A stretch of 64,000 nt of DNA from Octopus bimaculoides (lineage: Eukaryota), in contig NC_068981.1 in assembly GCF_001194135.2 (NCBI RefSeq), positions 158,954,716-159,018,715 of the forward strand, given 5' to 3'. The notes under the pieces were generated by a model that saw only the letters and a list, made by a program, of their open reading frames with translations, was not told the origin of the DNA and ran no database searches. The stretch's first letter is position 1; each line of letters begins with the position of its first letter. Shown here piece by piece: positions 11,990 to 25,199 of the stretch. Position numbers and translations under genes: made by a program.

Positions 11990-12147
11990 TAGACCTACTG
12001 ACACAGATCATATTATCCTACTCGCCATGTTCAGCGCAACTTTTTCTCTTGTCCCCACCTCTCCCAGTTTCCACTTTCATTCATTATAGTGGCATAGCAC
12101 TCGGTAACTTCCGACATTTTCCGCATCGGGCATAAGCAAACGGCACA
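11990..12147. promoter_or_regulatory. Probable promoter / 5' UTR of the ADAP gene, possibly bidirectional
   Basis: CpG-retaining sequence with an ETS-like 'acttccg' at ~12107 and YY1-like ATGGCG on both strands (12023-12028 minus, 12148-12153 plus). Motif matches only. Confidence 0.45.
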
Positions 12148-12229
12148 ATGGCGGATGTAGGGAAAACGTTTCTTTTGGAGCTGCTCAAAGAAAATGGAAA
12201 CAGTGAATGTGCAGATTGTGGATGTAAAG
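12148..12229 (+). CDS. ADAP1: ArfGAP with dual PH domains (centaurin-alpha), first coding exon
   Basis: acaATGG start. MADVGKTFLLELLKENGNSECADCGCK plus G, then the |gttagt donor. Aligns to the ADAP1 start (recalled as MAKERRRAVLELLQRPGNARCADCGAP|D) at the same length, with the first CxxC of the ArfGAP zinc finger and the same phase-1 intron position. Assignment to ADAP1 rather than another ArfGAP rests on 27 aa. Confidence 0.75.
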
Positions 12230-13499
12230 GTTAGTAATTCGAAATCATTCCATTAGTTTATATATGTGTTTTTTTGAAGAGAAAATGTCGGAATGTGATG
12301 AGACAAAATATTTTTCGGAACTTTAATTGGTGTATGTCTGTTTACAATGCGAGTCACGGTAACATTCATTAAGAAGTTGACAGTGCGTGTATATGTTTGT
12401 GTGTATCTTTTAAAAAAAATCACTTATCTTGTTTACAGTATTTTTTCTATTAATCCCCTTCCATTTAGCTAGTTTTTTTTTATTTCCAGATTTCATATAT
12501 ATATATATATATATATAAAGTTTATGAATTATCTTTGCATTTGTATTTTCTTGTTGACACTCACTCAAACACACACACACACACATAATGTACACACGTC
12601 TTACGCACACAATTGTCAACAACTCTACGCTGCGGGTACTTAGCCATGTATGATCGGTTACTCGAAGAAAATTACCGTATGTTATATTTAATTATAGTCA
12701 TACCGGTCGCAACTTCTTCACTGGAACATATATTTTTTTTTAGCTAAAATGTGGATTGTTAAAAATATCGATCAATTAATGAAATTATTGCAATCACTTA
12801 ACTTGACAAGGCTAAGTAAATTTAGAAATAGATAAGCTTATCTGTTTTCTATAGAATTTGTCACATTCCCCGAGTAGGCGTGTCTGAGAAAGTTATTAAC
12901 ATGTGAGATCTCTTTTTCCTTTTAGTCGATTAGAAATGACTTTTTATTAAGGTTTCATAAAAGATGTTTCGAAGACAAGACTGGATAATAATTTTCTCAT
13001 GACTATTTTCGATCTTTATTTTATTATTTTTTATAAATGCCCGTCTTTGTTTTTCTGTTCTCCCTCCTCTTTATTGATTTTACTGTTATATATATTCTCA
13101 TTGCCGAAGACTGTGTCTTTGTGTTCTGTATCAAGTAATAACGTCGAGCGATTCCCTCTTAGCATTCCTTTGGAATTCGCTGGGTACAAAACAGTTGTTT
13201 TCCCTGTTAGAATATGAAGTCATTGCGAGTGAGAGGTGTCATGCATCTCGTATAGAAATTCACATGACGTTCATTCCTCCCTACCAAAAAGTCTTGTTTC
13301 CGCATGCCTAAGGATTCATATTTTAATTTATTTTGATTTCTGTTCCGTATTGTTCAGTTAGTGGAAATCGACTTCAGTCTTACCCGGCGGCTTGCTCTAG
13401 AGGAGAGAGTCGATGAATACCTGTCATATACTAAGGTTTATGTTAAACGACCATACTGCTACCACCTAACCACTCGCCTCGGGGTGCCTTGTGACTGGA

Positions 13500-13760
13500 A
13501 AATGGCGCAGAGGGTGGAGGGTCGGCCTAAATAGCTTTACAGCTTTTTAATCAAAGCATGATGGTTTTCATTTTCCTCCTCCCCCCATTTTTCCGAGTTC
13601 AAATCCAGCTGAGGAATTCAACTTTGTTTTTTGTCTCTTTGATGATTGAATAAGTATCAGTAATCTACTGGGATGGAGTCTGTGAAATGAATCTCTTGTT
13701 TCTTTCATCAGAAAAAAAAGGGGCCTCGTGACTCAGAAATAAATAATTACTTTCGTCATA
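13500..13760 (+). mobile_element. SINE family C (tRNA-like head, interrupted)
   Basis: A-box-like 'tggcgcagagggtgg', B-box-like 'gagttcaaatcc', and body shared with the 40.2-42.2 kb copies. Confidence 0.5.
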
Positions 13761-15289
13761 TTGTAGCATTCCCAGCCGTTAGTTCGGTTTCGATCCTACT
13801 TCAACCCTGTTTTTTTTTTTTTTGTAAATTATTGATTAATTATTATTATTATTTCTTTAAGTTTAATGATGCTGCTAATACTGCTGGGAAAGTCCCGAAC
13901 ATCATACTTTCCTATTTTGTTTCCGTTATCAATCTAAGGCCCAATGTTTTAATTAGTTATGTTGCAGATGTTTGAACCGGCCACTTGTGATAGTAGTACA
14001 TAATTGTTCGTGTTTTACTAATTTCTCTAATATCCTTTACTGAAATCCTATATGACTCAGTTATTTACAATTGATTCGATTTTCTGCCACTTTTAATCAG
14101 AGTATTGCTTAGAATACACACAGGCTGACTAATTTTCATCATAAACCGCAAGTAGGAGAGCAAATCAAACTTCTTTGGTTTCATCCTGTTTGGATTGTCT
14201 TGTCTCTTTAACTATTGTCGTCATCATCGTCGTCATCATTACTTGAAAACATTTCCTCACATTTGCCTTTCCCTTTCATATTATGACTGTGATACGGTTT
14301 GCTTTAATTATCCATTTAAAAAAAAAATGAAAATAAAAAAAGGAACTTTTACTTTTACATTATTGCTGTATTTAAATAATACAGTAATAATGTTTAAATA
14401 CATATTTTAGTAAAGAAACACAAATGTTTGTAAGGATTATTTATTTGAATTTATTAATCATAAATATGACGAGCATCTACATAGTTCCTGTCCACTAAAT
14501 CTTATTCTCATGGTATTGGCCCAACCGCATTTAGACAATCACTAAAATGTTCTTTACGAGCATAGATGGAAATTATGATGATGATGGCGATGATGATTAT
14601 GGCATGGTGTTAATATCAGACTTCTGTTGTTTCCACTCAAGAGTCGACATGAATCAGAGTTTCAATACTTATTAATTACTTCTTTGTGGTTGGAAATAAT
14701 TGTGTTAGCAGGTGTCATGTAAAGTGACAATCCATGACACTGGCTGACCTCTCTCTACCTATTATTGTCAGCCATTCTTTTGACCAGTGCATTCAGCTTA
14801 CCTATCTAGACAATTACTAATGCTAAACGTTTGTAACTTACACATAGCTTAACGGGACCGTGTAATAGTGTAATGAATGAGTACCGCATAGTTTTCAGTG
14901 ATTATCTAGTATGATTCAAGGGAAATGAGACTGAGATATTTTAGCTTGCATGGGATAGAAATTCTAATAGTGAATTTACTGCTTTTACATATTTTATAAT
15001 GTATAGTTATGTAGTGAAAACATTACGTAGCCTACAACTCGTCTCCCTCTATCGCACCAGAAATTATTACTTTTTACCATATGTTCTTGACTCATTTCTT
15101 CATGAATTTCATATAAGAAAACACTTTTAGCATTGCTCTAAAGAGAGAACATGCAAACCTTAAATCAACTGAAAGGATCTTGTTTTCGATCTAGTTGGTT
15201 CTCATTAGCTTCAGTGCAGTTAGAAACCCATATGTTCTCTCAGGTTGTGTATATTTCAAGTATTATATACAATACTGGTTTCTAATTTA

Positions 15290-15530
15290 ACAAGGCACAA
15301 AGCATTGACGTTAATTGGTTGAAGAGTTTGCCTCACATTCACGTGGTTCTGGTTTCGATCCACCTGCTGGGCACCTTGACGAAGTGACTTCTACTGTGTA
15401 GCCTCAACTTGACAAATATCTTTGATTTGAATTCATTAACTGGAAACTGTGTAGAATCACGTGTGTGTACATCCGTGTATTGTTGTAAGATTGCTGAGTT
15501 GTGATTGCCTATGAGTGATGCCAATATAAG
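15290..15530 (+). mobile_element. SINE family B, 5' part
   Basis: 'ggttcgatccc...gggcaccttg...gtgacttctact' head shared with 42835. Confidence 0.55.
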
Positions 15531-18500
15531 AATAAAGACCAATTCTTCTTGTCAGGCAAGCTGTATGGACAGTTGAATAAATTCCAGAATTTTGTACCTA
15601 CTTATTTTATTGATTTCAGTAAGATGAAGGCAAAGCCGACTTTGGTGGGATTTGGAATCAAAATGTACAAGGATAAAAGTAAATACTGTTATGGATACAG
15701 TTTAGAGTTTTTCCTCTTTCTCAAAAGTCTACCTTTTGTTTTTTATATTTATACTCGTTTTTGTTGTCATTAAAGCTGTTTCTTTTGGTAAATTTTGATA
15801 TCTCAAAATCAACAATGTAAATTTTGCTGAATATCCATATTTTGGGGCATACACAATATACTTTAGTATTATTAATCAATTAATTAGACTAATTTTCATC
15901 TGTACATTAAGATTGATGGCCTTAACTTCAGTTATTTTTATGTAAATGGCATCTTGGGTTTATTTCCCTCCACTCATTATGAAAAAAAAAAATGGAATTT
16001 GTTTGCTCATCATTGTAATTATTACTTCTTCTCATTGTTTTCTTCTTGTTTTTATTGTGATGATTTAAAATATTTTTTTAGCACAGTCTGAAATATTTTA
16101 CATTAAGTTTCCTGAGTTACTTTTCGACCCACAACTTTTATATAAGTAGTTCTCACCAATCATTCATACCAGCTGTCAATAACATCCAAATTTTTTCTTG
16201 TGAGTAATATGAAATAGCATTAACTCCTAGTTGGCTACAAATTTTTGTATTTGGCACGCATATATCTATAGAATCTTACTTATTCCATTTCTTATTAAAT
16301 GCCAAAAGAATTGCAACAGGCTTAGATATTATGATATATAATAGAGGAGTGTGAATTTTGTGAAGATCAAATGATAACTGTAAGGAGATAGACTCAGAAT
16401 GATGTTGGCTTGGTTATTTGCTCTTGTCAGTATGGAGTTGAAACAAATACTGGCAGCAAATACTGTGGCTTTAACTATAAGACTACTATTTATAGAGCCA
16501 CCCTTGGAGAGTAGCAGATAAAAGATTCTGTAAAATAGAACCTCTTGACATGGGACTAGAAAAACCAGCTGAAATTTGGGAGGTAAAGAGAACTTGCTGG
16601 TTGGGAAACATATAAAACTTCTTTTATATGCGTAAGCATCTCCCAATTCATGATGGTGGTTGACCTCCTATATGTGCTGTAAACAATGTTATTTACCTGT
16701 ACAGTTGTTTGGTTGTTTTGAGGTTGTGGTCTTTGGTTGTGTGAGGGTTGTTGAATATATACCTTGAAGTATAGTACTTGTCACCTACTTAACTATCTTG
16801 GATTGGTCAGAGGTGAAGCATGCTTGCTATCAAAGGTTTAGTAGTTCAGTATTGCAAAATGTTTTACTTCTGAACTATTTGTATTCATGAAGGACAAGTA
16901 TAAGAGCCAAGCAGAGTTGTGAGCATTGGACAATGAGGATGGTGACTTGAGAGGGAGGGAGGGAGGTAAACAAGCAACTAGGGGTTGAAGAATTTTGAAA
17001 ACTGGTGCCAACAAAAGATAAATGTAGAGAAGTGAGGAAGAGAGAATTTAAGTCAGAATAACAAGACCTCTTTGTTGTTAATGTCCATGTGGTGAGGTAT
17101 ATGGTTTGGAGAGTAGATTTTACAAAATACAGACATTATTTTAGAAAAAAAATTTGCAATAGAGAATGTAGGCCTAAATAGCAGATATATTAGAAATCTG
17201 GGTTGAGAAATTATTTTTGTGCAGGTAGGAGGTGGTATTAAGATCATGGACTAAAATTCTCAAATATTGGCAGAGAGGAGAGAAATTATTATTGTTACAT
17301 TTTATAGACTTTTTCACGTGTAAAGTAAGTTAGCATTTGTGGGTTGCAGTTAATCACTATGACTTTCTCTGTGTATGGAGGTTTGGTTTAAATTTTTGCA
17401 ACAGAGCAAACTTTGCTAAACTTTGAGGTGTTGTTAAAACTGCTTCACAGTTTAAGCTTACCATGCTTAAAATAATATAGCCTAGATTTTTATTTTATTT
17501 TTATCATGACACCAATACAAGAGACACTCTCTTACAAAACTCACAACCACCTCTTCTTTCAACTAGTCATTTTCAGTTTGGAATGACCAGGATTGTAGTT
17601 AGGCTGCTGCCTTTGCAGCAACTGAAGAACCATTTTTTTTCCTGAGGTGGTTCTCTGTCTAAATTGAAGAAGAAGTATGCATTAAAGTACTTTTACTATT
17701 TAGATTTTTGTACTGGATCTTTTGAATAGCGGTTTCAGAGACTTAAATATTATCTCACTGGCTTGTGCTATAGCTGAATATTTTTCAAAGAATTCCCTAC
17801 CATTTTTAACCTTTTTGATACTAACTACCCCTGGTTCTGTGATACTAACTTGTTTTTAAAGTCATCTAAATCTAAACCTTCCATCAAAATTTCATGTTAA
17901 TTTGTGTTCCCATACTAGCTTATTAACAACAAAGTTATTTATCAAGTTCTTTATTATTTTCAAAACTAACAGAAATATAACAGCAAAAGGGTTAGAGTAA
18001 AAAAAAAAAGCTCCCATAGTTTAAATCTTAGCACAACCAGTATGATCATGGCAAGACATATTAATCAAATTCTCCCTTTAATTAGCTCAACCAGAACCAC
18101 CAAACAAATATAACTTCCAGCAGAGATCTGAACAGATGTCTAAGAAGTTACTTGGTTTACATGAATATTCTGGAAGTTCGCTTAGACTATGAATATGATA
18201 TTTTTTTTATTGCTTGCCCTAATATAAAACTGCAATTTATGTTTATGCAATTAATTTCTCACATCTGCTTCTAAGTTTTATATATTTTTTGTATTTTCAT
18301 TGTATTTGATTTGGAACATACACCTATATAAAATATTTTTGCAATATCTTTTATATATATCTTGCTATTCCTGTCACTTGAGATTTTTTAAAGTCAAGTA
18401 AGCAAAGGAAAACTTATTTTTACTTTTTTTTTTAAAACCCTCTAAGGTCAACTTGCTTTCCATCCTTTTGGGATTAATTTTTAAAAAATTACCAATCCAG

Positions 18501-18740
18501 GACAGTGAATTGGTGGAACNNNNNNNNNNGTCAGGGAAGATACCTTGTGGTAGCTGTTCTAGCTGTTTGCATTCTGACAGCAATACCTGTGATGACACTG
18601 GTGCTCAGCTCTTATTGGCTGAAGTCAGTGGCCTTTTCCTTGAATAAGCATTGATAGAATGGTGAGGGAAGACTTGCAAGCAAAGGTAACTGCCAATATT
18701 ACTTGGCTGTTATGTACTTAAGCTAAAAATGTCACTTTAA

Positions 18741-18949
18741 CCCTTTAGCAATTAAAAAGATCATATCTGGCCTAAATATTCTACATGTTATATGTCTAAA
18801 CTAACCAAATCTGACTTCTCACACCTACCCTACAATACCATTCTAATAATAAACATCAAAATCTTGAAGCTACAAAATAATGTACAATTAATTCAGAACA
18901 ATGTGAATAAATAAGCATTACATTTGACAGTAATATGAATGCTAAAGGG
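18741..18949. mobile_element. piggyBac-type MITE
   Basis: TTAA|ccctttagca...tgctaaaggg|TTAA. Confidence 0.85.
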
Positions 18950-20499
18950 TTAATAGAAGGTGCTGAGTGATTTTTATGCATTTCTCTATTGACTGCTTTA
19001 GAAGATGGTCAGTTTACTCAGTAAAGTTAGTGTTTACTCACACTAAACCACCAGCTTCATAGGGATTATCATGTTACAATATAGTCCGTCTTTGACACAT
19101 TGCATTTTATGTCCAGTGTAAGTTTTAGCACATGGAACTGAAATTGTTAGTTGACACTAAATACAGACCATATTGTTACTAGTACTAACTATAAGTATTG
19201 TATTTTTGTACTGTTTAACATTATTAATATTAATGAGCATTGCTTTATGAACTAAGCACTGCAGACAGTTATGGAAACTTTGGTCACATTTTATCATGCT
19301 TCACATCATTTTAATTTTGTGAAACCAACATTTTACTGTCTGACAAACATTATAGTAAATGCTATTTGCTGAGCTCTCCCCACCTTGCTGATTAATAAAG
19401 AAAAAAAAAACTAGAGAATTAGTGGTTTTAGTAATTATAGATTATAATTGTCATCTCATTTGCGGATGTTAATTCCTACACTATTAATCATACAACATAT
19501 TTTAAGATATGTTCTTTTAGAAAATGCTTCTGGTTTAAGTTCAGGTTGAATATAATGCTAGCCATAGTAATCACTCTGTTGACCTCATTATTACTAATTG
19601 ACCCTATTCTGCTAATGCACTGGGTTGTCTGAAATTTCTGTAAAAGAAAAGCCTTTCTAATATGATTAAAACACCAGATTTCTTTATTTCCACCAAAATC
19701 AGTCATATAAAAGTCATTCATTTTATATATTTTCACAGTATATTTATCTAACTCCATCTATTCCAAAAACCAATCAGTTATGCATAATTATGCATGACTT
19801 TTAAAATGAGTCATTATTAATTCAAACTTAAATGTTTATCTTGAAACAATTTTATCATTACTTTAATTATAAGAATTTTATAAGGAAATAGATTTGTACA
19901 ATTTATTTAATCAGGGAGTTTTGTGTTAACAGCTTAAGCAATCATTCCAATATATTCAACTCAAAACAGTTGCCCCTGTTTTGTTTTGTTTGTTTGAGTG
20001 ATTGCTTGTTTAGGAAGTATTTAGATTAAGGGGTTGAAATAATTATGAATGATTATTAACCCATAAAGCACTGGGATTTGCACTTACATAGCATGGACTG
20101 CTGAGCACATTTGATGAAAATGAGACTACCATGCACACATAAAAACAAAAAATAGTTAAAATATCTTCTTAGTATATAATGGTGGCAAGTTTTATGTCAT
20201 CTGAAAAGTCATTAGTTGAACTATTAGTCCTCTTGCATTCTGGGGGGTATCAGATCGTTTGAGTGACATTAGACCCCAACAAATGCCCATAAATTAAATG
20301 CATCTATCTGGGCTACGACTGTGGCCTGTCAACCTGTGCCTGATGGCCAGGACCGTGGCCTGTTGTGCTTTGTGTTAAGCATGATAAAGAAAAGAAAATT
20401 ACTTCCTAATTTTTTATAAAATCTCTAGTTCTATTTAACATGACATAATGTTGGACTAGTCATGATTTATTTGAAAAGTGATAATTTACATGGAAAAAC

Positions 20500-20890
20500 A
20501 AGTACATGTCATACACACACACGCACACACACAAGTAGATTATTACATTTACTTGTGCATGTGTGCACATAAGTACATTCATGCACACACAATTGTATAT
20601 ATTTGCACACTTATTTATGCATACACTTGCACAAAGTACATAGCAAATAGAGGCACCATTACACACACTTGTACACACTTTCACAAACACTAATTAACAT
20701 TTTTGCATGTGCATATACATTCACACGCAAGTACATTAATGCACACACAACATGTGCTTGTGCACGTATGCATACACACTTTCTTCTCACACATAGTTAC
20801 ATTCACATACACCTCCTTTGATGTACATTCCCACATTTTGGTCACAACAATTGTAATGTACTTACATACATTCAAATACTGACTGTACAT
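20500..20890. repeat. Degenerate CA-rich low-complexity tract
   Basis: cacaca/tacatg-rich; produces spurious C/V/H-rich ORFs. Confidence 0.8.
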
Positions 20891-21519
20891 GTTGAGAAAA
20901 AGTTTGTTTTATCTTATTTTTTAAAAACATTTTGTTAATATTGGGTCAAATATGTTTTCATTTTGTAATGAATTGAGGAGTGTTCTTTGAACACAAACCC
21001 AAATTATGCTATTTACCAGCTATAAGTCAAATCTTCCTGAATAGTCTCTATTATTTTGAACATAGACACCATGCCATATTGTTACAAATCGTTGGTGGGC
21101 ATTTTTATCTATTAGAGCTGAATGTCATTGATTAGAAATACACAGTGAATTTTGTTTTTGGTTAAACTTATTCCCATGCTGTATGTCTGCTCAAGCAGAG
21201 TTGAATGGGGATGGCCAAGCAACAACTGCTCTTCATTATTGATGTAAATTCTGTCATTTCATTTTTCTTACCTGTATAGTTTGCTATAAACTTCACAAAG
21301 AAATAAAATGAAAGGAAGTTCTTCATTAAACTACACAGAAGTTTTACATTATATTGCTTGTCTTTGGATTTTGATTTTTTAAAAATATTCTTTAGCTGGT
21401 TTTCATTTCCTCAATTTAGATGATGTTGCTGAATTCCTTTTTTTTTTTTTAGGTTTCATATAAAGCCTAAAAAGTCAGAGGTGGTGTGTGAATGAGTTGA
21501 TCCAAGCGATTTAATGGTA

Positions 21520-21770
21520 CTTATTTGATTGTCTCCAGAAAAATGACTGGTCAAGATGACTTTGATGAAGTTGAAATGTTGAGGATCATAACTAGATTTT
21601 TGTTCCAAATTTTGGCAGATAGCCAACAATTTTGGAGGAGGGGATAAAATGATTACAATGGCACCAGTGTTCAACTGACTCTTTTATCAACCCCGAAAGG
21701 TTGAAGGGCAAAGTCAACCTTGGTGGAATTTGAACCCAGAATGTAAAGACAAATGAAATGTTAACTTTAT
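21520..21770 (-). mobile_element. SINE family C
   Basis: Reverse complement of 'gggttcaaattccaccaaggttgactttgccctt...ggggttgataaaag'. Confidence 0.6.
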
Positions 21771-22104
21771 ACAGATATCCTGTTGGTTAAAAATTGAAGA
21801 CAATCTATTTGTAATGTTATTTCACCTTATACGACTTTGTTGGTAACACTTTGACAACTCTTAATATGCTGTGCTACATCCTTATTTTCATATCAGAGAA
21901 AAATCAATAAGGTTGAACTCAAATCCTTAGTTCCAGTGTATGAAGTGTACAGTAGGTGTCCACTGATTTGTGATTTCTACAAAAATACATTTGTAATCCT
22001 CCTTATTATTACCATCATCATCATTTACATTGGTTTTCCTTGCTGGTATGGGTTAGAAGGCAATGCATACACACATACATGCACATACTCATACACACAC
22101 ACAT

Positions 22105-23510
22105 GCATACATACTTGCAGTAGTTGATAGCTTCCGGTACCTAGGTGACCAAATCAGTTGCAGGGGTGGATGCTCTGAGAACATAGCTGCTAGAATAAGA
22201 ATAGGTTGGGCAAAGTTCAGAAAGCTCCTACCTCTGTTGGTAATGAAGGGCCTCTCCCTCAGAGTGAAAGGCAAATTGTATGATGGCCTGTGTGCGAACA
22301 GCCATGCTACATGGCAGTGAAACATGGGCTGTGACTGCTGAAGACATGCATAGGCTTGAAAGAAATGAATCTAGTATGCTTTGCTGGATGTGCAATGTCA
22401 ATGTGCATGCATGACAGAGTGTAAGCATCTTAAGAGGAAAGTTGGGCATAAGAGGCATAAGATGTGGTGTGCGAGGGAGATGACTGCATTGGTATGGTCA
22501 TGTGATTCGTATGGATGTGGACAGCTGTGTGAAGAAGTGCCTGTCTCTACCAGTGGAAGGAAGCTGTGGAAGAGGGAGACCCAGGAAGACATGGGATGAG
22601 GTGGTGAAGCATGATCTTCGAACACCAGGCCTCACAGATGCAATGACTAGCGACTGAGATATTTGGCGATATGTTGTGCTTGCAAAGACCCATCAAGCCA
22701 AGTGAAATCTTAGTTATGGCCATTATCGGTGTCATGTAACAGGCACCTGTGCTGGTTGCACATAAAAAATCACCTTTCAAGCATTGGGCCCCACTGAGGC
22801 AATGTGGCTGATGCTGGTGTTGAGGAACTAGCAACCGTGCCAGTGGTACTTAAAAAGCACCTTTCAAGCGCTGGGCTTCATGGAAGAATGACAAATGACC
22901 GAGGCCTTTGGCAATATGCTGTGCTTGAGAAGGAAGATCCAGCAAGCTGAGTAAAATCATAGTTGTGACAGATACTGGTGTCATGCAACTGGCACCTGTG
23001 CTGGTGGCATGTAAATGGCTGTCCATTTGTGATCAAGGAAGACCTAAAATTTTAGGTCCAATAAGGCTTGCACAATACCTCACAAACCCTTCTACCTTAC
23101 TAACATGATCCAGAGACAAGCCAGAGCAAGATATCCAGTGTCAATATGGGTCACAGGCTCAGGAAGGTGAGAGTGCTATGATCCCAAGCTGAATGTGTTT
23201 AGGAAAATACAAAAGAAAGAGAGTCATTTATAAGGAGTTTGCAAGTCCAGTACCCAAGATACACTTTCAGTTTCATATCTATTATTTGAGCAACAGAATA
23301 TATACCAACCTGTCTGGAGCAAAGTATGGTTGAACTTGGGCTCTTGGAGAGAATGCAAATCTTTAATTCATATTCTACAAATGATCACAATATTTGGGAC
23401 TATAAAAATCTGCAAAACCCATTACACTCTCAGAGTGGTTGGTGTTAGGAAGGGCATCCAGTCATAGAAACCATGCTAAATCAGACTGGAATCTGGTGCA
23501 GCCCCTTGCA
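22105..23510 (+). mobile_element. RTE LINE 3' fragment (ORF end plus 3' UTR), interrupted at ~23010-23418
   Basis: VVDSFRYLGDQISCRGGC...RIRIGWAKFRKLLPLL...KGKLY and LRWYGHV-like motifs. The UTR resumes at 'ccattacactctcagagtgg' (23419). Confidence 0.85.
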
Positions 23511-24009
23511 TGCTTGCCACAACACTCTCTTACTTAACCAGGCATCGGATAGTTTCCTTGTTGGTGATTGCACAACCTAAAATTTTAGGTCCAATAAGGT
23601 TTGCATAACACCTCACAAACCCTTCTACCCTACTAACATGATCCAGAGACAAACCAGGGCAAGATATCCAGTGTCATTACGGGTCACAGGCTTAGGAACA
23701 TGGGAGTGCTATGATCTCAAGTTTAAGCAAAAGACTGTTCAATGCCATTCCCTGCTTATGTGGTTTTATAACAGCAACCTCCTCCTCGAGATGCATTAAC
23801 AAAAGTTAAGGGATGCCTCACTCTTAGTGGTTTTCCAGCACACCACACACCAACCCAGAAATTCTTAGGGCTTGTGCTATTGTTAGATAATCATTGAATC
23901 TACACTAGGTTTGTCTGTCCTTTTGATAGATCTTGTTTTTAGTCCTGCTGGGTTTTTAGCAACCCTTCTTACCAGGCAAACCTAGTGAGGGTGCCAGCTT
24001 AATATCCGA

Positions 24010-25070
24010 TGATCAGTGCATGCAACAAGTTGTACTAGATTCTATGTTACCAGTAGTACTCATTAGAGACCTCACAAGTGACCTAATTTACATACGTATG
24101 TGCAACTTGGAAGGCAGCTCCTTGAGAAACACTCTTTGTCTGATAACCTAGAAATCTTTGTCTTATAACCCAAAGAAGTTGCACAACTCTACCACAAAGT
24201 ATCGTCAGATGAAAGGATGAGCCTACATGACCAGAAGACTATGCATGGATATGTTACTAGAAAGCTCCGTGATGATAGTAACATCGATCATCAGAGCAGT
24301 TTATCGTGGACCAATAACCGGATTACTACCTCCCACTTTGAAGGGTATGTATTTGCAATCCAGGAACAGGAAATATCAACCAAGTACCTGATGCACAAAA
24401 GGGATAGAGATGCGGGTAAAGCCATAAAGTGTGACAACCGATGCAGACTTTGTGGAGTTCACACTGAAGATATCACCCACATCATAAGCAGTTGTCTGAA
24501 AATGTCATTACAGTATTATCTACCGATGAGACATGATGTTGTGGCTAGGACACTCTATAATGAAATCCGTCGGAAGGATAATCCCGAGGACAAAGAAATA
24601 AGAACTCACAATATGGTAGAAGCCATAGCCACTCATAATAAAAAGGAATACTGGTGGAATGTACCAGTGAAGATCTTAATAAAATGTATGCACAACAGAC
24701 TTGATATGATGACTTGGGATAAAGAAGAGAAACTGTGCACAGTTGTGCAAATTAGCTGCCCAGCGGATGTTAACATAAAGCTGAAGATCAGTGAAAAAGA
24801 GAACATCTATGTTGAACTATTGAGAAATCTGCAGTTACTCTATCTAGATTACAAGTTTAGGTTTATACCTGTAATTATTGGGGCCCAGGGATATGTAACA
24901 GCTGCCTAAATACCAATCTTGAGAAATTAGGCTTCTCAAAACCAGAAAGGAGAAAGCTAATCCGAAGACTACAAATCCAATCCAGCACTGGAACTGTAAA
25001 AATCTGTAAAATTTTCCAGAATTTACATGCAAGCATACATACATACATACATACATACATACATACATAC
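24010..25070 (+). mobile_element. R4/Dong-clade non-LTR retrotransposon, 5'-truncated, with (CATA)n tail
   Basis: ORF 24217-24909 contains HGY, FEGYVFAIQEQEI, the CCHC finger CRLC..EDITHIISSC, RHDVVA, and the restriction-like endonuclease motif NRLD...QISCP.D.N...EKE. Ends in (cata)n. Confidence 0.85.
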
Positions 25071-25199
25071 CCTGTTGTTGATGTTGAGATTCCAATGAAG
25101 GAACCTTGGATCTAGGTTAGAAACCGGTTCTTTCTCTATTGGCAAGAAATCTTGAAATAAACTGAATGGCATACATACATACAAACAAACAAACAAACA

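Noticed and set aside
24217-24909. 230-aa ORF as a host gene
   Set aside because: It is the CCHC plus RLE C-terminus of an R4/Dong retrotransposon and frameshifts at its end.
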